Source: Geminicoccaceae bacterium (GTDB taxonomy: Bacteria; Pseudomonadota; Alphaproteobacteria; Geminicoccales; Geminicoccaceae). Taken from it: DNA of 64,000 nucleotides. The first letter of the stretch is position 1; every line of letters begins with the position of its first letter. The notes beneath the pieces were generated by a model. It ran no database searches, had not been told where the DNA came from, and was given only the letters and a program-made list of their open reading frames with translations. The DNA is taken from positions 61,709 through 125,708 of the forward strand of contig CBDCHP010000013.1 of assembly GCA_965217265.1 (NCBI GenBank), given 5' to 3'. The translations under genes were made by a program, and so were the position numbers. This document shows positions 52,738 to 62,646 of the stretch, one piece after another.

Positions 52738-53762
52738 CGGCCGAGCTGGAGCGCTTCAAGCGGCTGATCGCCAAGGCGGCGACCGGGGCACCGCTTGCCT
52801 ACGCCGAGGCCGAGGAGGCGTTCGGCCTGATGATGGCCGGCGACGCGACGCCTGCGCAGATGGGGGGCCTGTTGATGGCGATGCGGGTGCGCGGCGAGAC
52901 CGTGGACGAGATCGCCGCCGGGGCCGCCAGCTTGCGCGCCAGGATGCGCCGCATCGAGGCACCCGACGACGCGATCGACATCGTCGGCACCGGCGGCGAC
53001 GATTCGGGCACGCACAACATCTCGACCGCGTGTGCCATCGTCGCGGCCGGCTGCGGCCTTCACGTCGCCAAGCACGGCAACCGCGGCCTCTCCTCGCGCT
53101 CGGGCACGGCCGACGTGCTCAAGGCGCTCGGCGTCGATCTGGAGTGCCCCTTCGATCGCATCGAGCGGGCGATCGAGGAGGCCGGGATCGGCTTCATGAT
53201 GGCGCCGCGCCACCACGGCGCCATGCGCCACGTCGCGGGGCCACGGGTCGAACTCGGCACGCGCACGATCTTCAATCTCTTGGGTCCGCTCGCCAACCCG
53301 GCCGGGGTGAAGCGGCAGTTGACCGGCGTGTTCGCGCGCGATTGGGTCGTGCCCCTGGCCGAGGCGCTCGGGCGCTTGGGCGCCGAGCGCGCCTGGGTCG
53401 TGCACGGCGCCGACGGGCTCGACGAGGTCAGCCTGACCGGCCCCACCTTCGTCGCCGAGTGGCGTCGCGGCGAACTGCGGACCTTCGAGATCGCGCCCGA
53501 GGATGCCGGCCTCGAACGCTGCACGCTCGACGACCTTAAAGGGGGCGATCCCGAGACCAACGCCGCCGCGATCCGGGCCCTCCTCGGCGGCGAGCGCGGC
53601 CCCTTGCGCAACGTCGTCCTGCTCGGCACGGCGGCGGCCCTCGTCGTCGCCGGGCGGGTCGATGATCTAAGGTCGGGGGTTGCCCTCGCGGCCGAGGCGA
53701 TTGACGAGGGTCGGGCGCGAACGGCGCTGGAGCGGCTAGTCCGCATCACGGGTGGCGCATGA
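52734..53762 (+). CDS. trpD: anthranilate phosphoribosyltransferase
   Basis: [18 protein letters not shown] and [21 protein letters not shown]-like motifs; ATGA overlap with trpG. Confidence 0.95.
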   Translation: MTAELERFKRLIAKAATGAPLAYAEAEEAFGLMMAGDATPAQMGGLLMAMRVRGETVDEIAAGAASLRARMRRIEAPDDAIDIVGTGGDDSGTHNISTACAIVAAGCGLHVAKHGNRGLSSRSGTADVLKALGVDLECPFDRIERAIEEAGIGFMMAPRHHGAMRHVAGPRVELGTRTIFNLLGPLANPAGVKRQLTGVFARDWVVPLAEALGRLGAERAWVVHGADGLDEVSLTGPTFVAEWRRGELRTFEIAPEDAGLERCTLDDLKGGDPETNAAAIRALLGGERGPLRNVVLLGTAAALVVAGRVDDLRSGVALAAEAIDEGRARTALERLVRITGGA

Positions 53763-54556
53763 ACGACGTCCTGGCCGAGATCTGCGCCGTCAAGCGCGAC
53801 CACGTTCGAGCGAAGAAGGCGCGGACAAGCGAGGCCGACCTGCTCGCCGCGGCCCGCGACGTCGAGGCACCGCGCGGCTTCGCCGCGGCGCTGCGGCGGG
53901 CGACGGAGGCGGGGGGCTTTGGCCTCATCGCCGAGATTAAGAAGGCGAGCCCGAGCCGGGGCGTGATCCGCGCCGACTTCGACCCGGCAGCACTGGCCCG
54001 CGCCTACGCCGCCGGCGGGGCCGCCTGCCTCTCGGTCCTGACCGACGCGCCCTACTTCCAGGGCAACGACGCCTATCTCGGCGCGGCGCGGGCGGCGGTG
54101 GCGCTGCCGTGCCTGCGGAAGGACTTCATGCTCGACCCCTACCAAGTTGTCGAGGCCAGGGCGCTCGGGGCGGACTGCATCCTCGTCATCCTGGCCGCCG
54201 TGGACGACGCGCTGGGCTCCGACCTCGTCCGGGCGGCGCACGACCTTGGCATGGACGTGCTGGCCGAGGCGCACGACGCGAACGAGCTTGATCGAGCCCT
54301 CAAGCTCGACGCCGACCTGATCGGGATCAACAACCGCGACCTGAAGACGCTCAAGGTCGATTTGGGCACGACCGAGCGATTGGCGGCTATCGTGCCCCCC
54401 GATCGCGTCCTCGTCGCCGAGAGCGGCCTTGAGGCCCACGCCGACTTGGAACGCCTAGCCCTGGTCGGCGCGCGGGCGTTCCTGGTCGGCGAGTCGCTGA
54501 TGCGCGCCGACGACGTCGCGGCGGCGACCAGGGCGCTCCTGGGCCGGGCGGCGTGA
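53759..54556 (+). CDS. trpC: indole-3-glycerol phosphate synthase
   Basis: [32 protein letters not shown] motifs. Confidence 0.95.
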   Translation: MNDVLAEICAVKRDHVRAKKARTSEADLLAAARDVEAPRGFAAALRRATEAGGFGLIAEIKKASPSRGVIRADFDPAALARAYAAGGAACLSVLTDAPYFQGNDAYLGAARAAVALPCLRKDFMLDPYQVVEARALGADCILVILAAVDDALGSDLVRAAHDLGMDVLAEAHDANELDRALKLDADLIGINNRDLKTLKVDLGTTERLAAIVPPDRVLVAESGLEAHADLERLALVGARAFLVGESLMRADDVAAATRALLGRAA

Positions 54557-55029
54557 GCGGCCTCACCCACATCGACGCCGAGGGCAACGCCGTCATGGTC
54601 GACGTCTCGGCCAAGGACGTGACCGGGCGGACCGCGACCGCGAAGGGTCTGGTCCGCATGGCGCCGGCGACCCTAGAACGGATCGAGGCGCGCGGCTTCA
54701 AGAAGGGCGACGTGCTCAGCATCGCCCAACTGGCCGGGATCATGGGGGCGAAGCGCACCGCCGACTTGATCCCCTTGTGCCACCCGCTGCCGCTCGCCTC
54801 GGTCAAGGTGACGCTGCGGGCTCTGGCCGAAGAAGCGGCGGTCGAGATCGAGGCGACCTGCAAGGTGGACGGCAAGACCGGCGTCGAGATGGAGGCGCTG
54901 ACCGCCGTCGGCGTCGCGGCGCTCACCGTCTACGACGTGTGCAAGGCGGTCGACAAGGACATGCGCATCACCGACATCCGCCTCGTCCACAAGGCCGGCG
55001 GCCGCTCCGGCACCTACCGGGCCGAGTGA
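54553..55029 (+). CDS. moaC: cyclic pyranopterin monophosphate synthase MoaC
   Basis: [46 protein letters not shown]-like motifs. Confidence 0.95.
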   Translation: MSGLTHIDAEGNAVMVDVSAKDVTGRTATAKGLVRMAPATLERIEARGFKKGDVLSIAQLAGIMGAKRTADLIPLCHPLPLASVKVTLRALAEEAAVEIEATCKVDGKTGVEMEALTAVGVAALTVYDVCKAVDKDMRITDIRLVHKAGGRSGTYRAE

Positions 55030-55030
55030 G

Positions 55031-56251
55031 GTGGTGGGGCTCCTCAACGTCGCCGAGGCGCGGGTCCGCACGCTAACACTGGCACCCGAACTCGGGCATG
55101 AGTGGGTGGGCTTGGGCGAGGCTTTCGGTCGCGTCCTCGCCCGGCCGCTCGACGCCCGCGCCGACAAGCCGGCGCTCGCGGTCTCGGCGATGGACGGCTA
55201 CGCCTGCCGCGCCGCCGACACGTCCGACCCGTCGCGGCCCCTGACGCTGGTTGGCGAGGTGCCGGCGGGCGGGCGGCACGGGCGCGCGCTCGAAGCCGGC
55301 CAGACGGTGCGCATCTTCACCGGGGCACCCCTGCCCGAGGGGACCAACGCGATCCTGATCCAGGAGGACGCGCGGGCCGAGGGGACGCGCGTCTACCCGC
55401 TCGAAGCCGTGACGGCCGGCCGGTTCGTCCGCCCGGCCGGGCTCGACTTCAAGGCGGGCGATTTGGGCCTCGAACCGGGCCGCGTCCTCGACCCGCTGGC
55501 GCTCGGCCTCGCGGGCGCGCTCGGCCACGTCTGGCTGCCGGTGCGGCAGCGTCCGTTGGTCGCGATCCTCGGTACCGGCGACGAACTGGTCCGGCCCGGC
55601 GAGCCGGCGGCGGCGCACCAGACGGTGAGCACGAACGGGATCGCGCTCGGCGGCCTCGTTCGCGCCTGGGGCGGCGAGCCGCGCGACCTCGGCATTGCCG
55701 CCGACCGACCGGACGCGCTCGAAGCCGCCTTGGGGGGCGCCCTCGACGCCGATCTCATCCTCACCTCGGGCGGCGCCTCGGTCGGCGACTACGACCTCGT
55801 GCGGCGGACGGCCGGGGGACTGGGGCTCGAACTCGACTTCTGGAAGATCGCGATGCGGCCCGGCAAGCCGCTCATCGCCGGCCGGGTCGGCGGCAGGGCC
55901 TTCTTGGGCCTGCCCGGCAACCCCGTCTCGGCCGCGGTCTGCGCCATCGTCTTCGTCCGGGCGATGCTGCGCCGCTCGCTCGGGCTCGACCCCTCCCTGC
56001 CCTGGACCCGCCTGCCGCTCGCCAGAGCCCTCGATGCCGGCGGAACGCGCGAAGAGTACCTGCGCGCGACTTACGTCGACCACAAGGGCGGGCGGACGGT
56101 CGATCCGGCCGCGCAGCAGGACAGCTCGATGCTGGCGACGCTCGGGCGGGCCGACGCGCTGGTCCGCCGCGACGCGGGCGATGGCGCGCGTTTTGCCGGC
56201 GAGGAGGCCCCGGTCCTCGACCTGCGCGCGGTCCTCAATCCCCTCGCCTGA
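55031..56251 (+). CDS. moeA: molybdopterin molybdotransferase MoeA
   Basis: AVSAMDGYA, ILTSGGASVGDYD, LPGNPVSA motifs; GTG start 1 nt after the moaC stop. Confidence 0.92.
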   Translation: MVGLLNVAEARVRTLTLAPELGHEWVGLGEAFGRVLARPLDARADKPALAVSAMDGYACRAADTSDPSRPLTLVGEVPAGGRHGRALEAGQTVRIFTGAPLPEGTNAILIQEDARAEGTRVYPLEAVTAGRFVRPAGLDFKAGDLGLEPGRVLDPLALGLAGALGHVWLPVRQRPLVAILGTGDELVRPGEPAAAHQTVSTNGIALGGLVRAWGGEPRDLGIAADRPDALEAALGGALDADLILTSGGASVGDYDLVRRTAGGLGLELDFWKIAMRPGKPLIAGRVGGRAFLGLPGNPVSAAVCAIVFVRAMLRRSLGLDPSLPWTRLPLARALDAGGTREEYLRATYVDHKGGRTVDPAAQQDSSMLATLGRADALVRRDAGDGARFAGEEAPVLDLRAVLNPLA

Positions 56252-56279
56252 GCCCCGGCGGCGCCTTGCCATGCGATAA

Positions 56280-56305
56280 GAACCAAACTAGAACATTTCA
56301 TGATC
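56280..56305 (+). promoter_or_regulatory. alphaproteobacterial SOS (LexA) box GAAC-N7-GAAC, followed by a third degenerate half-site (N7-GATC)
   Basis: GAAC (56280-83) CAAACTA GAAC (56291-94) ATTTCAT GATC (56302-05), 30-55 nt upstream of the lexA TTG start. Confidence 0.8.
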
Positions 56306-56334
56306 TAGGCCGCCCGCCTTGAGGACGCCGACCC

Positions 56335-57015
56335 TTGCTCACCCAGCGCCAGTTGCAGCTCTTGCAGTTCATCCATGCCTACCAGACCGAGAAGGGCGTG
56401 CCGCCCTCTTTCGACGAGATGCGGGCATCCCTCAGGCTCCGCTCCAAGTCAGGTATCCACCGACTGATCTCGGGGCTGGAGGAGCGCGGCTACATCCGTC
56501 GCCTCGCCTACCGCGCCCGGGCGATTGAGGTGGTCCGCCCGCCGCTCGAAGTGACCGAGGGCGGCGCTAAGGGGGGGGCCAAGGTCGTGCGCCCCAACTT
56601 CAAGCCGCAACGCCACGAGGACGAGGCGGCGTCGCTCAACCGGCTGCCGCTGCTCGGCCGAATCGCCGCCGGCACGCCGATCGAGGCGCTCGCCGACGGC
56701 AGCACCTCGGTCGACGTGCCGAGCCTGCTCATGGGCGAGGGCGAGCACTACGTCGTCCAGGTCTTAGGCGAGTCGATGATCGAGGCCGGCATCCAGGACG
56801 GCGACCTCGCCGTCATCCAGCGCGCCGACGAGGCGCAGAGCGGCGAGATCGTCGTGGCGCTCATCGACGACCGCGAGGTAACGCTCAAGCGCCTGCGGCG
56901 CAAGCACGCCTCGATCGCGCTGGAGCCGGCCAACCCCGCCTTCGAGACCCGCATCTTCGGCCCGCAGCGGGTCAAGGTGCAAGGCCGCCTCGTTGGGCTG
57001 ATGCGTCGCTACTAA
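56335..57015 (+). CDS. lexA: transcriptional repressor LexA
   Basis: LTQRQLQLLQFI...PPSFDEM wHTH domain, an Ala-Gly cleavage region (RIAAGTP), and an S24 peptidase domain (GESMIEAGI...VTLKRL). TTG start behind GAGGA. Confidence 0.95.
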   Translation: MLTQRQLQLLQFIHAYQTEKGVPPSFDEMRASLRLRSKSGIHRLISGLEERGYIRRLAYRARAIEVVRPPLEVTEGGAKGGAKVVRPNFKPQRHEDEAASLNRLPLLGRIAAGTPIEALADGSTSVDVPSLLMGEGEHYVVQVLGESMIEAGIQDGDLAVIQRADEAQSGEIVVALIDDREVTLKRLRRKHASIALEPANPAFETRIFGPQRVKVQGRLVGLMRRY

Positions 57016-57161
57016 CCGGCCGCCGCGCGAACGGATCGGGCACGGATCGACGGGGGTTGGACGGGCTCGCGCCGGTCCTCGCCCCGCCGTCGCTTCGTGC
57101 CGGCGCGTGGAAGCGGTGTGGTTGTCGAGCCACTTAGTGGCGATCAACCGTGACTTTTCTT

Positions 57162-57186
57162 GGAACAGCAACCTGACAAGTCCGTT
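57162..57186 (+). promoter_or_regulatory. EcfG-type general stress promoter, GGAAC-N16-CGTT
   Basis: GGAAC 57162-66, a 16-nt spacer, CGTT 57183-86, 58 nt upstream of ATG 57244. Confidence 0.6.
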
Positions 57187-57243
57187 CTGCCGGAGGACGT
57201 GGCTACGGCCGCTCAAATCTCGCCAAAAGGAAGCATCTCAAAC

Positions 57244-58218
57244 ATGGTCACGACCTATACCGAGCGCGGTCCGGGACATACCGATACCGACTACACCGAT
57301 GTCCGCACCACCCACGTCGATCGCGGTCCGACGCTGACGAGCAACGTCCGCCGCGTCTCCTGGGGCGCCATCCTCGCCGGCACGATCCTCGTCTTGACCA
57401 TTCAGGTCATGCTCGGCCTGCTCGGTCTGGGCATCGGCCTTGCCTCGATCGACCCGGCGGCGAACGACACGCCGTCCGCTTTCACCCTCACCTCGACCGC
57501 CGGGATCTGGGCGATCGTGACGGTGCTGATCGCCACCTTCGTCGGCGCCTGGGTCGCCGCCCGCCTCGCCGGCAGCCCGAGCAACACCGACGGCCTCCTG
57601 CACGGCATCGTGACCTGGGCGCTCTCGACCCTGGTCGCCGTCTGGCTGCTTACCAGCGGTGCCAGCGCCATCATCAGCGGCGCGTTCGGCGCGCTCGGCA
57701 ACTCGATCCAGGGCATCACCAGCGCCGTCCAATCGGTGGCGCCGAACTCGCTCTCGGCCCTGCCGCCCGGCCTGGAGCAGCCGGCGCGGCAATTGCTGCA
57801 GCAGGGCACGAACCAAGCCCAGCAGACGGGCCAGCAGGCGCAGCAGCAAGCGCAGCAGGCAGCGCAGGACGTGCGTCAGGCAACCGGCGAGCAGAACATT
57901 ACCGCCGCCATGGGCGAGGTTCTGGCTGGCGTGCAGGAGGATGCCTCGCAAGAAGAGCGGCAGGCGGCCCTGCAGGTCATCTCCGATCAGGCCGGCATCT
58001 CGGAGCAGCAGGCCGAAGAGCGCCTGACTGAGTTCCAGCAGTCCTACGATCAGGCCGTCGCCGAGGTCGAGCAGCGCACGCAGCAGGCGGCTGACGCCCT
58101 GTCCGGCACGGCGTTCGCCACCTTCGTTGCCCTCCTCTTGGGCCTCATCGCCGGCGCCATCGGCGGCCGTCTCGGCCGCCCGTCGCACACCGTCGAGGCC
58201 GAAAATTACGCGACCTGA
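57244..58218 (+). CDS. hypothetical integral membrane protein with Gln-rich coiled segment
   Basis: ATG 57244 behind AAGGAAG. About four TM helices (residues ~40-170 of the product), then QQGTNQAQQTGQQAQQQAQQAAQD and an acidic helical region, then a final TM helix (FATFVALLLGLIAGAIGG). I recognise no family. Confidence 0.6.
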   Translation: MVTTYTERGPGHTDTDYTDVRTTHVDRGPTLTSNVRRVSWGAILAGTILVLTIQVMLGLLGLGIGLASIDPAANDTPSAFTLTSTAGIWAIVTVLIATFVGAWVAARLAGSPSNTDGLLHGIVTWALSTLVAVWLLTSGASAIISGAFGALGNSIQGITSAVQSVAPNSLSALPPGLEQPARQLLQQGTNQAQQTGQQAQQQAQQAAQDVRQATGEQNITAAMGEVLAGVQEDASQEERQAALQVISDQAGISEQQAEERLTEFQQSYDQAVAEVEQRTQQAADALSGTAFATFVALLLGLIAGAIGGRLGRPSHTVEAENYAT

Positions 58219-58248
58219 GCGTTCTTCACGTTTTCACTCGTCGAGCTT

Positions 58249-58286
58249 CGGGCCGGACGGCGACCGTCCGGCCCGAACTTTATCTT
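58249..58286. terminator. bidirectional stem-loop between convergent genes (12-bp GC stem, 3-nt loop)
   Basis: CGGGCCGGACGG-CGA-CCGTCCGGCCCG at 58249-58275, followed by AACTTTATCTT. Lies between the stop at 58218 (+) and the icd stop at 58297 (-). Confidence 0.6.
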
Positions 58287-58296
58287 GAGCCGGCTA

Positions 58297-59508
58297 TCAG
58301 GCCAGCTTCTTTTGCAGGTTCGCCTCCAGCGCGTCGAGGAACTGCTGCGTCGTCAGCCAGGGCTGTTCCGGGCCGATCAGGAGGGCCAGATCCTTGGTCA
58401 TCTGGCCGGCCTCGACCGTGTCGACGCACACCGTCTCGACCGCCTTAGCGAACTCCTCCACCTCGGGCGTGTCGTCGATCTTGCCGCGGTAGGTGAGCGC
58501 ACGGGTCCAGGCGAAGATCGAAGCGATCGGGTTGGTCGAGGTCTGCTTGCCCTTCTGGTGCTCGCGGAAATGGCGCGTCACCGTGCCGTGCGCGGCCTCG
58601 GCCTCGATCGTGTTGCCGTCCGGGGTCATCAGGACCGAGGTCATCAGACCGAGCGAGCCGAAGCCCTGCGCCACCGTGTCGGACTGCACGTCGCCGTCGT
58701 AGTTCTTGCACGACCAGACGAAGCCGCCCGACCACTTCAAGGCCGCCGCCACCATGTCGTCGATCAAGCGGTGCTCATAAGAGATGCCCTTGGAGGCGAA
58801 CTGGTCCTTGAACTCGGCCTCGTATATCTCCTCGAAGATGTCCTTGAAGCGGCCGTCATAGGCTTTCAGGATCGTGTTCTTGGTCGAGAGGTAGAGCGGG
58901 TAGCCGCGCGCCAGGGCGTAGTTCATCGAGGCCCTGGCGAAGTCGCGGATCGAGCCGTCGAGGTTGTACATTGCCATCGCCACGCCGGCGTCGGGGGCCT
59001 CAAAGATCTCGTGCTCGATCACGTCGCCCTGCTCGGGCTCGAAACGGATCGTGAGCTTGCCCTTGCCCGGAAACAAGAAGTCGGTGGCACGGTACTGGTC
59101 ACCGTAGGCGTGACGGCCGACGATGATCGGCTGCGTCCAGCCCGGCACGAGGCGGGGCACGTTCTCGCAGATGATCGGCTCGCGAAAGATCGTGCCGCCG
59201 AGGATGTTCCGGATCGTGCCGTTCGGCGAGCGCCACATCTTCTTGAGGGCGAATTCCTTCACCCGCCCCTCGTCGGGGGTGATCGTCGCGCACTTGACCC
59301 CGACGCTGTGCTCCTTGATCGCGTTCGCCGCGTCGACCGTGATCTGGTCGTCGGTCTCGTCGCGCTTCTCGACGCCCAGGTCGTAGTAGAGCAGGTCGAT
59401 GTCGAGGTAGGGCAGGATCAGCTTTGTCTTGATCATGTCCCAGATGATCCGGGTCATCTCGTCGCCGTCGATCTCGACGATCGGGTTCTTAACCTTGATC
59501 TTGCTCAT
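58297..59508 (-). CDS. icd: NADP-dependent isocitrate dehydrogenase (dimeric, eukaryote-like type)
   Basis: [23 protein letters not shown]..., [18 protein letters not shown] motifs; 403 aa. The longer ORF in the track (to 59937) crosses the repeat element and dnaQ and is rejected. Confidence 0.95.
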   Translation of the reverse strand: MSKIKVKNPIVEIDGDEMTRIIWDMIKTKLILPYLDIDLLYYDLGVEKRDETDDQITVDAANAIKEHSVGVKCATITPDEGRVKEFALKKMWRSPNGTIRNILGGTIFREPIICENVPRLVPGWTQPIIVGRHAYGDQYRATDFLFPGKGKLTIRFEPEQGDVIEHEIFEAPDAGVAMAMYNLDGSIRDFARASMNYALARGYPLYLSTKNTILKAYDGRFKDIFEEIYEAEFKDQFASKGISYEHRLIDDMVAAALKWSGGFVWSCKNYDGDVQSDTVAQGFGSLGLMTSVLMTPDGNTIEAEAAHGTVTRHFREHQKGKQTSTNPIASIFAWTRALTYRGKIDDTPEVEEFAKAVETVCVDTVEAGQMTKDLALLIGPEQPWLTTQQFLDALEANLQKKLA

Positions 59509-59539
59509 GGCGTTTGTCCTCTCGTGGGTAAAGTTGATT

Positions 59540-59684
59540 GAACGCTTCGCGTGCGCTCGGCGCGCGGCCTTTTTCTCTTCTTTTTTGCAACTTGCAACGA
59601 GACTGGCCTCAACGCTGAAGCTAGCCTCGGATAAAGATAAAAAAGAAGAAAAGAGGCCGTGCGCCGAGCGCACGCGAAGCGTTA
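59540..59684 (+). repeat. 145-bp imperfect palindromic intergenic element, copy 4
   Basis: GAACGCTTCGCGTGCGCTCGGCGCGCGGCCTTTTTCTCTTCTTTTTT ... ATAAAAAAGAAGAAAAGAGGCCGTGCGCCGAGCGCACGCGAAGCGTTA. Lies between the dnaQ stop and the icd start. Confidence 0.9.
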
Positions 59685-60347
59685 CACACCCCAAATCGGG
59701 TTCTTCAGCTTGGCGATGAAGGCGGCGTGCGCGGCCTGCTCGGCCTCGGGCACGGGGAACTCGCGCGGCTCGCGGTACGCCCGCGCGACCCGCTTCACCG
59801 CCGCAGCGCGCACGGCGAGATCGAGGCCGACCTGTCGCCCGCCGCACAAGTGCAGGTAGACCTCGGCCAGCAGTTCGCAGTCGAGGAGGGCGCCGTGCTT
59901 GACGCGGGCCGAGGTGTCGACCTCGAAGCGGCGGCATAAGGCATCGAGGTTGTTGGGACTGCCAGGAAAACGCTGCTGCGCGCGCTGAAGCGTGTCCACC
60001 GCCCGCTCGCGCGACAGGAGGGGTTTCTTCAGCCGTGCGAGTTCGTGGTTTAGAAAGCGCAGGTCGAAGGTGGCGTTGTGGATCACGAGCGGGTCGTCGC
60101 CGATGAAGGCGAGGAAGGGCTCGGCGATCGCGGCGAAGACCGGCTTGTCGACGAGTTGATCGTCGCCGATCCCGTGGATCTTGAACGCGTCCTCGGGCAT
60201 CGCCCGCTCAGGGTTGATGAACTGGTGGTAGGTGCGGCCGGTCGCGACCTTGTTGACCAGTTCGACGGCACCGATCTCGACGATCCGGTGCCCCTCGCGC
60301 GGGTCGAGACCGGTCGTCTCGGTGTCGAGCACCACTTCGCGCTGCAT
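59682..60347 (-). CDS. dnaQ: DNA polymerase III subunit epsilon (3'-5' exonuclease)
   Basis: Exo motifs [37 protein letters not shown]. Confidence 0.95.
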   Translation of the reverse strand: MQREVVLDTETTGLDPREGHRIVEIGAVELVNKVATGRTYHQFINPERAMPEDAFKIHGIGDDQLVDKPVFAAIAEPFLAFIGDDPLVIHNATFDLRFLNHELARLKKPLLSRERAVDTLQRAQQRFPGSPNNLDALCRRFEVDTSARVKHGALLDCELLAEVYLHLCGGRQVGLDLAVRAAAVKRVARAYREPREFPVPEAEQAAHAAFIAKLKNPIWGV

Positions 60348-60351
60348 CGTT

Positions 60352-60981
60352 CTACTCCTTCAACCAGCGTTCGGGCCACGCTGCGGGCCGCATCCCCTTG
60401 GCTTGCCGGATCGTCGCGGCCACGGCAAGGCCGACGGCGCCGCGATCGAAGCCCGAGCGGACGACGATGTCCGCCCGCCGCCGCTTGACGGACCCGGGCA
60501 TCTGCTGGGCACGGACGGCAGCGAGGCGGACGGGCGTCATGCCAGACCGGCGCAGGGCCCGATCCTGCTGCAAATAGGGGTGCGCGTCCACGACGACGAC
60601 GAGATCGCAGCGCCGCTCGCCGTCGGTCTCAAGGAGAAGCGGTACGTCGAGCACGGCCAGATGTCGACCCTCGCGGGCACGAGCGGCGAGGAATCGGTGC
60701 TGCATCGCCTTGACCATTGGGTGGACCAGCGCCTCCAAGCGGCGCAGGGCGGCGGCGTCGTTGAAGACGCGGGCCCCGAGTGCCCGGCGATCGACGTTGC
60801 CGCTCTTGCCCACGACGCCGGGGAACGCCGCCTCGATCAGGGGCACGAGGGGGCTCTTGGCACGAAACAGGTGATGCACAGCGGCGTCGGAATCGAGCAC
60901 CGGCACGCCGTACTGTAAAAAACGCCGCGCCGTGCGGCTCTTGCCCATCGCGATCGAGCCGGTGAGGCCGCAGACGATCAA
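60352..60981 (-). CDS. coaE: dephospho-CoA kinase
   Basis: TTG start overlapping the maf stop (TTGA). P-loop GLTGSIAMGKS. Lies within a 753-aa artefactual ORF in the track. Confidence 0.88.
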   Translation of the reverse strand: MIVCGLTGSIAMGKSRTARRFLQYGVPVLDSDAAVHHLFRAKSPLVPLIEAAFPGVVGKSGNVDRRALGARVFNDAAALRRLEALVHPMVKAMQHRFLAARAREGRHLAVLDVPLLLETDGERRCDLVVVVDAHPYLQQDRALRRSGMTPVRLAAVRAQQMPGSVKRRRADIVVRSGFDRGAVGLAVAATIRQAKGMRPAAWPERWLKE

Positions 60982-61595
60982 GGCTCGACCAGCCCCTGCC
61001 CGTGTTCGCGTAAGAAGCCGAGCAGCGGCAGGAGCGGCAGGCCCTGGACGGCGAAGGCGTCGCCCTCGACGCGGGCCATCAACTGGGCACCCAAGCCCTC
61101 GATCTGGTAGGCGCCGACAGAGGCCAGCACGGCGTCGCCGGCGGCGTCGAGGTAGGCCCCGATCAGACGCTCCGACAAGGGGCGCAGCGTCAAGGTGGCA
61201 CTCTGGGCCTCGCCCCAGATGCGATTGCCGCCGCGATAGACGGTGGCCGCCGTGACGAGGCGGTGCGAGGTCCCTTGCAGCCGCCGTAGCTGGGCGGCGG
61301 CCGCGGCCCGGTCGGGGGGCTTGTCGAGCCAGTCGCCGTCGAGGGTGACGAGCAATTGGTCGGACCCGACGACGAGGTCGGTCGGGTTCCACCGGTGCGC
61401 CACCGCCGCCTTCATCTCGGCGAGCATCATCGCGGCGGTTTCGGGCTCGAACGCCTCGGCCTTGAGCGCGGCCTTGGCCTCGTCCTCGTCGAAGAGCGGA
61501 CGGACCGGCGTAGGATCGAGCCCCGCCGCTCGCAGCAGGCGCAGGCGGGCGGCGCTGCCGGAGGCCAGGATCAGGCGGGGGGATTGATCGGGCAT
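60978..61595 (-). CDS. maf: Maf-like nucleoside triphosphate pyrophosphatase
   Basis: LILASGSAARLRLL N-terminus and GAYQIEGLG motif. ATG 61595 was chosen; the longer option is 61631. Confidence 0.88.
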   Translation of the reverse strand: MPDQSPRLILASGSAARLRLLRAAGLDPTPVRPLFDEDEAKAALKAEAFEPETAAMMLAEMKAAVAHRWNPTDLVVGSDQLLVTLDGDWLDKPPDRAAAAAQLRRLQGTSHRLVTAATVYRGGNRIWGEAQSATLTLRPLSERLIGAYLDAAGDAVLASVGAYQIEGLGAQLMARVEGDAFAVQGLPLLPLLGFLREHGQGLVEP

Positions 61596-61725
61596 CGCTC
61601 GGCTCGCGCGGGGTTGTTTTGACGCGGCCACCCTTCGACGCGGTTAACCGTTTGTCAATCAGGGCGATGTAGCTTCGATCCGTCCGCCGCACGGTGCGGC
61701 ACGACGGACCAAGGAAGGTGTGAAG

Positions 61726-61920
61726 ATGCCCGACACGTTCGAGCCGACGCTCGTCGACGACGAAGCCTTCGTCGCCTACATCCGCCCGGTCGACGAGGAC
61801 GGCGAGCGCGCTTACGCCATCTGCGACGCCGACGGCGAGCCGCTCGGCCTCTCGCCGACCCGATCGCTCGCCTTCGCCGCCGTGCGCCAGCACGGGATGG
61901 AGCCCGTCGACGCGCACTGA
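61726..61920 (+). CDS. DUF1150-family small protein
   Basis: ATG 61726 lies 7 nt after AAGGAAGG. AYIRPVDEDGERAYAICDADGEPLGLSPTRSLAFAAVRQHGMEPV matches my memory of the DUF1150 pattern. Confidence 0.65.
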   Translation: MPDTFEPTLVDDEAFVAYIRPVDEDGERAYAICDADGEPLGLSPTRSLAFAAVRQHGMEPVDAH

Positions 61921-62136
61921 CGCCCGCCGGCCTTCGTGTGACGGCCTTTCGCCCCAGCAGATTTCGCGGCTGCCCCGCGCCGCGATCGGCGCACCCTTTC
62001 CCGGCCCGCGTTGCCGACCGGCGTCCTGCTCCTTATCCGCACGCTTGTCCGCGCTCGGTTCATCCCGTATGAAAGGATGGTATCGATGCGGGCATTCATC
62101 CGGCGTCGGATCAAACGATAGAGGAGTCTTGAGCCC

Positions 62137-62646
62137 ATGCGCATCGCTGTCTTCTTGGCCCTGTTCCTGGCCTTTGCAGCGCCTTTGCGGGCGCAGGATG
62201 CCAGTGCCCAGGCCTATGTCGACGCCACGGCGGGGGACGGCCTGCTGTTGACCGAGATGAGCCAGCAGGTTTTGGACCGCGTTCCGCGCGAGGCCGTTAC
62301 CGAGGTCGCGACCGAGACGATCGCCGCCAACCGGACGAACGCGATCATCCTGGGCAGCATCGCCGAGACCAAGGGGCTGGATATGCCGACCTCCCTCGAC
62401 GACGGGCGCACCGCCGTGCTGGCCCAGATCGCCGACGCCGACAACGAGAATGTCGCCCAGGTCTACGCCGACTTGCAGGTCAAGACGCACGAAGACGCGA
62501 TTGCCACGACCGAACGCTACCTCGCCGAGGGCGAGGACGAGGAGCTCAAACGCTTCGCCGACGACGCGCTGCGCCAACTGCAAGGTGGTCTCGAAGACGC
62601 GCAGGCGCTGCAAAAAGAAGTCACGGCGTCAAACGATCAGCAGTAA
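62137..62646 (+). CDS. DUF4142-domain periplasmic protein
   Basis: Signal peptide MRIAVFLALFLAFAAPLRAQ. A helical protein with the two-repeat pattern (...EMSQQVL..., ...QVKTHEDAI...FADDALRQLQ) that I associate with DUF4142. Confidence 0.6.
   Translation: MRIAVFLALFLAFAAPLRAQDASAQAYVDATAGDGLLLTEMSQQVLDRVPREAVTEVATETIAANRTNAIILGSIAETKGLDMPTSLDDGRTAVLAQIADADNENVAQVYADLQVKTHEDAIATTERYLAEGEDEELKRFADDALRQLQGGLEDAQALQKEVTASNDQQ

Noticed and set aside
59509-59937. N-terminal extensions of the icd ORF (to 59937), the kdsA ORF (to 43554), the lpdA ORF (to 36437) and the ispDF ORF (from 30878).
   Set aside because: The extensions cross repeat elements or neighbouring genes and lack homology. Canonical N-termini with RBSs occur at the internal ATGs that I chose.
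60982-62613. Upstream part of the 753-aa ORF 60352-62613.
   Set aside because: Only the last 209 codons (coaE) show a recognisable fold. The remainder overlaps maf, the DUF1150 gene and the DUF4142 gene and is Arg-rich shadow sequence.
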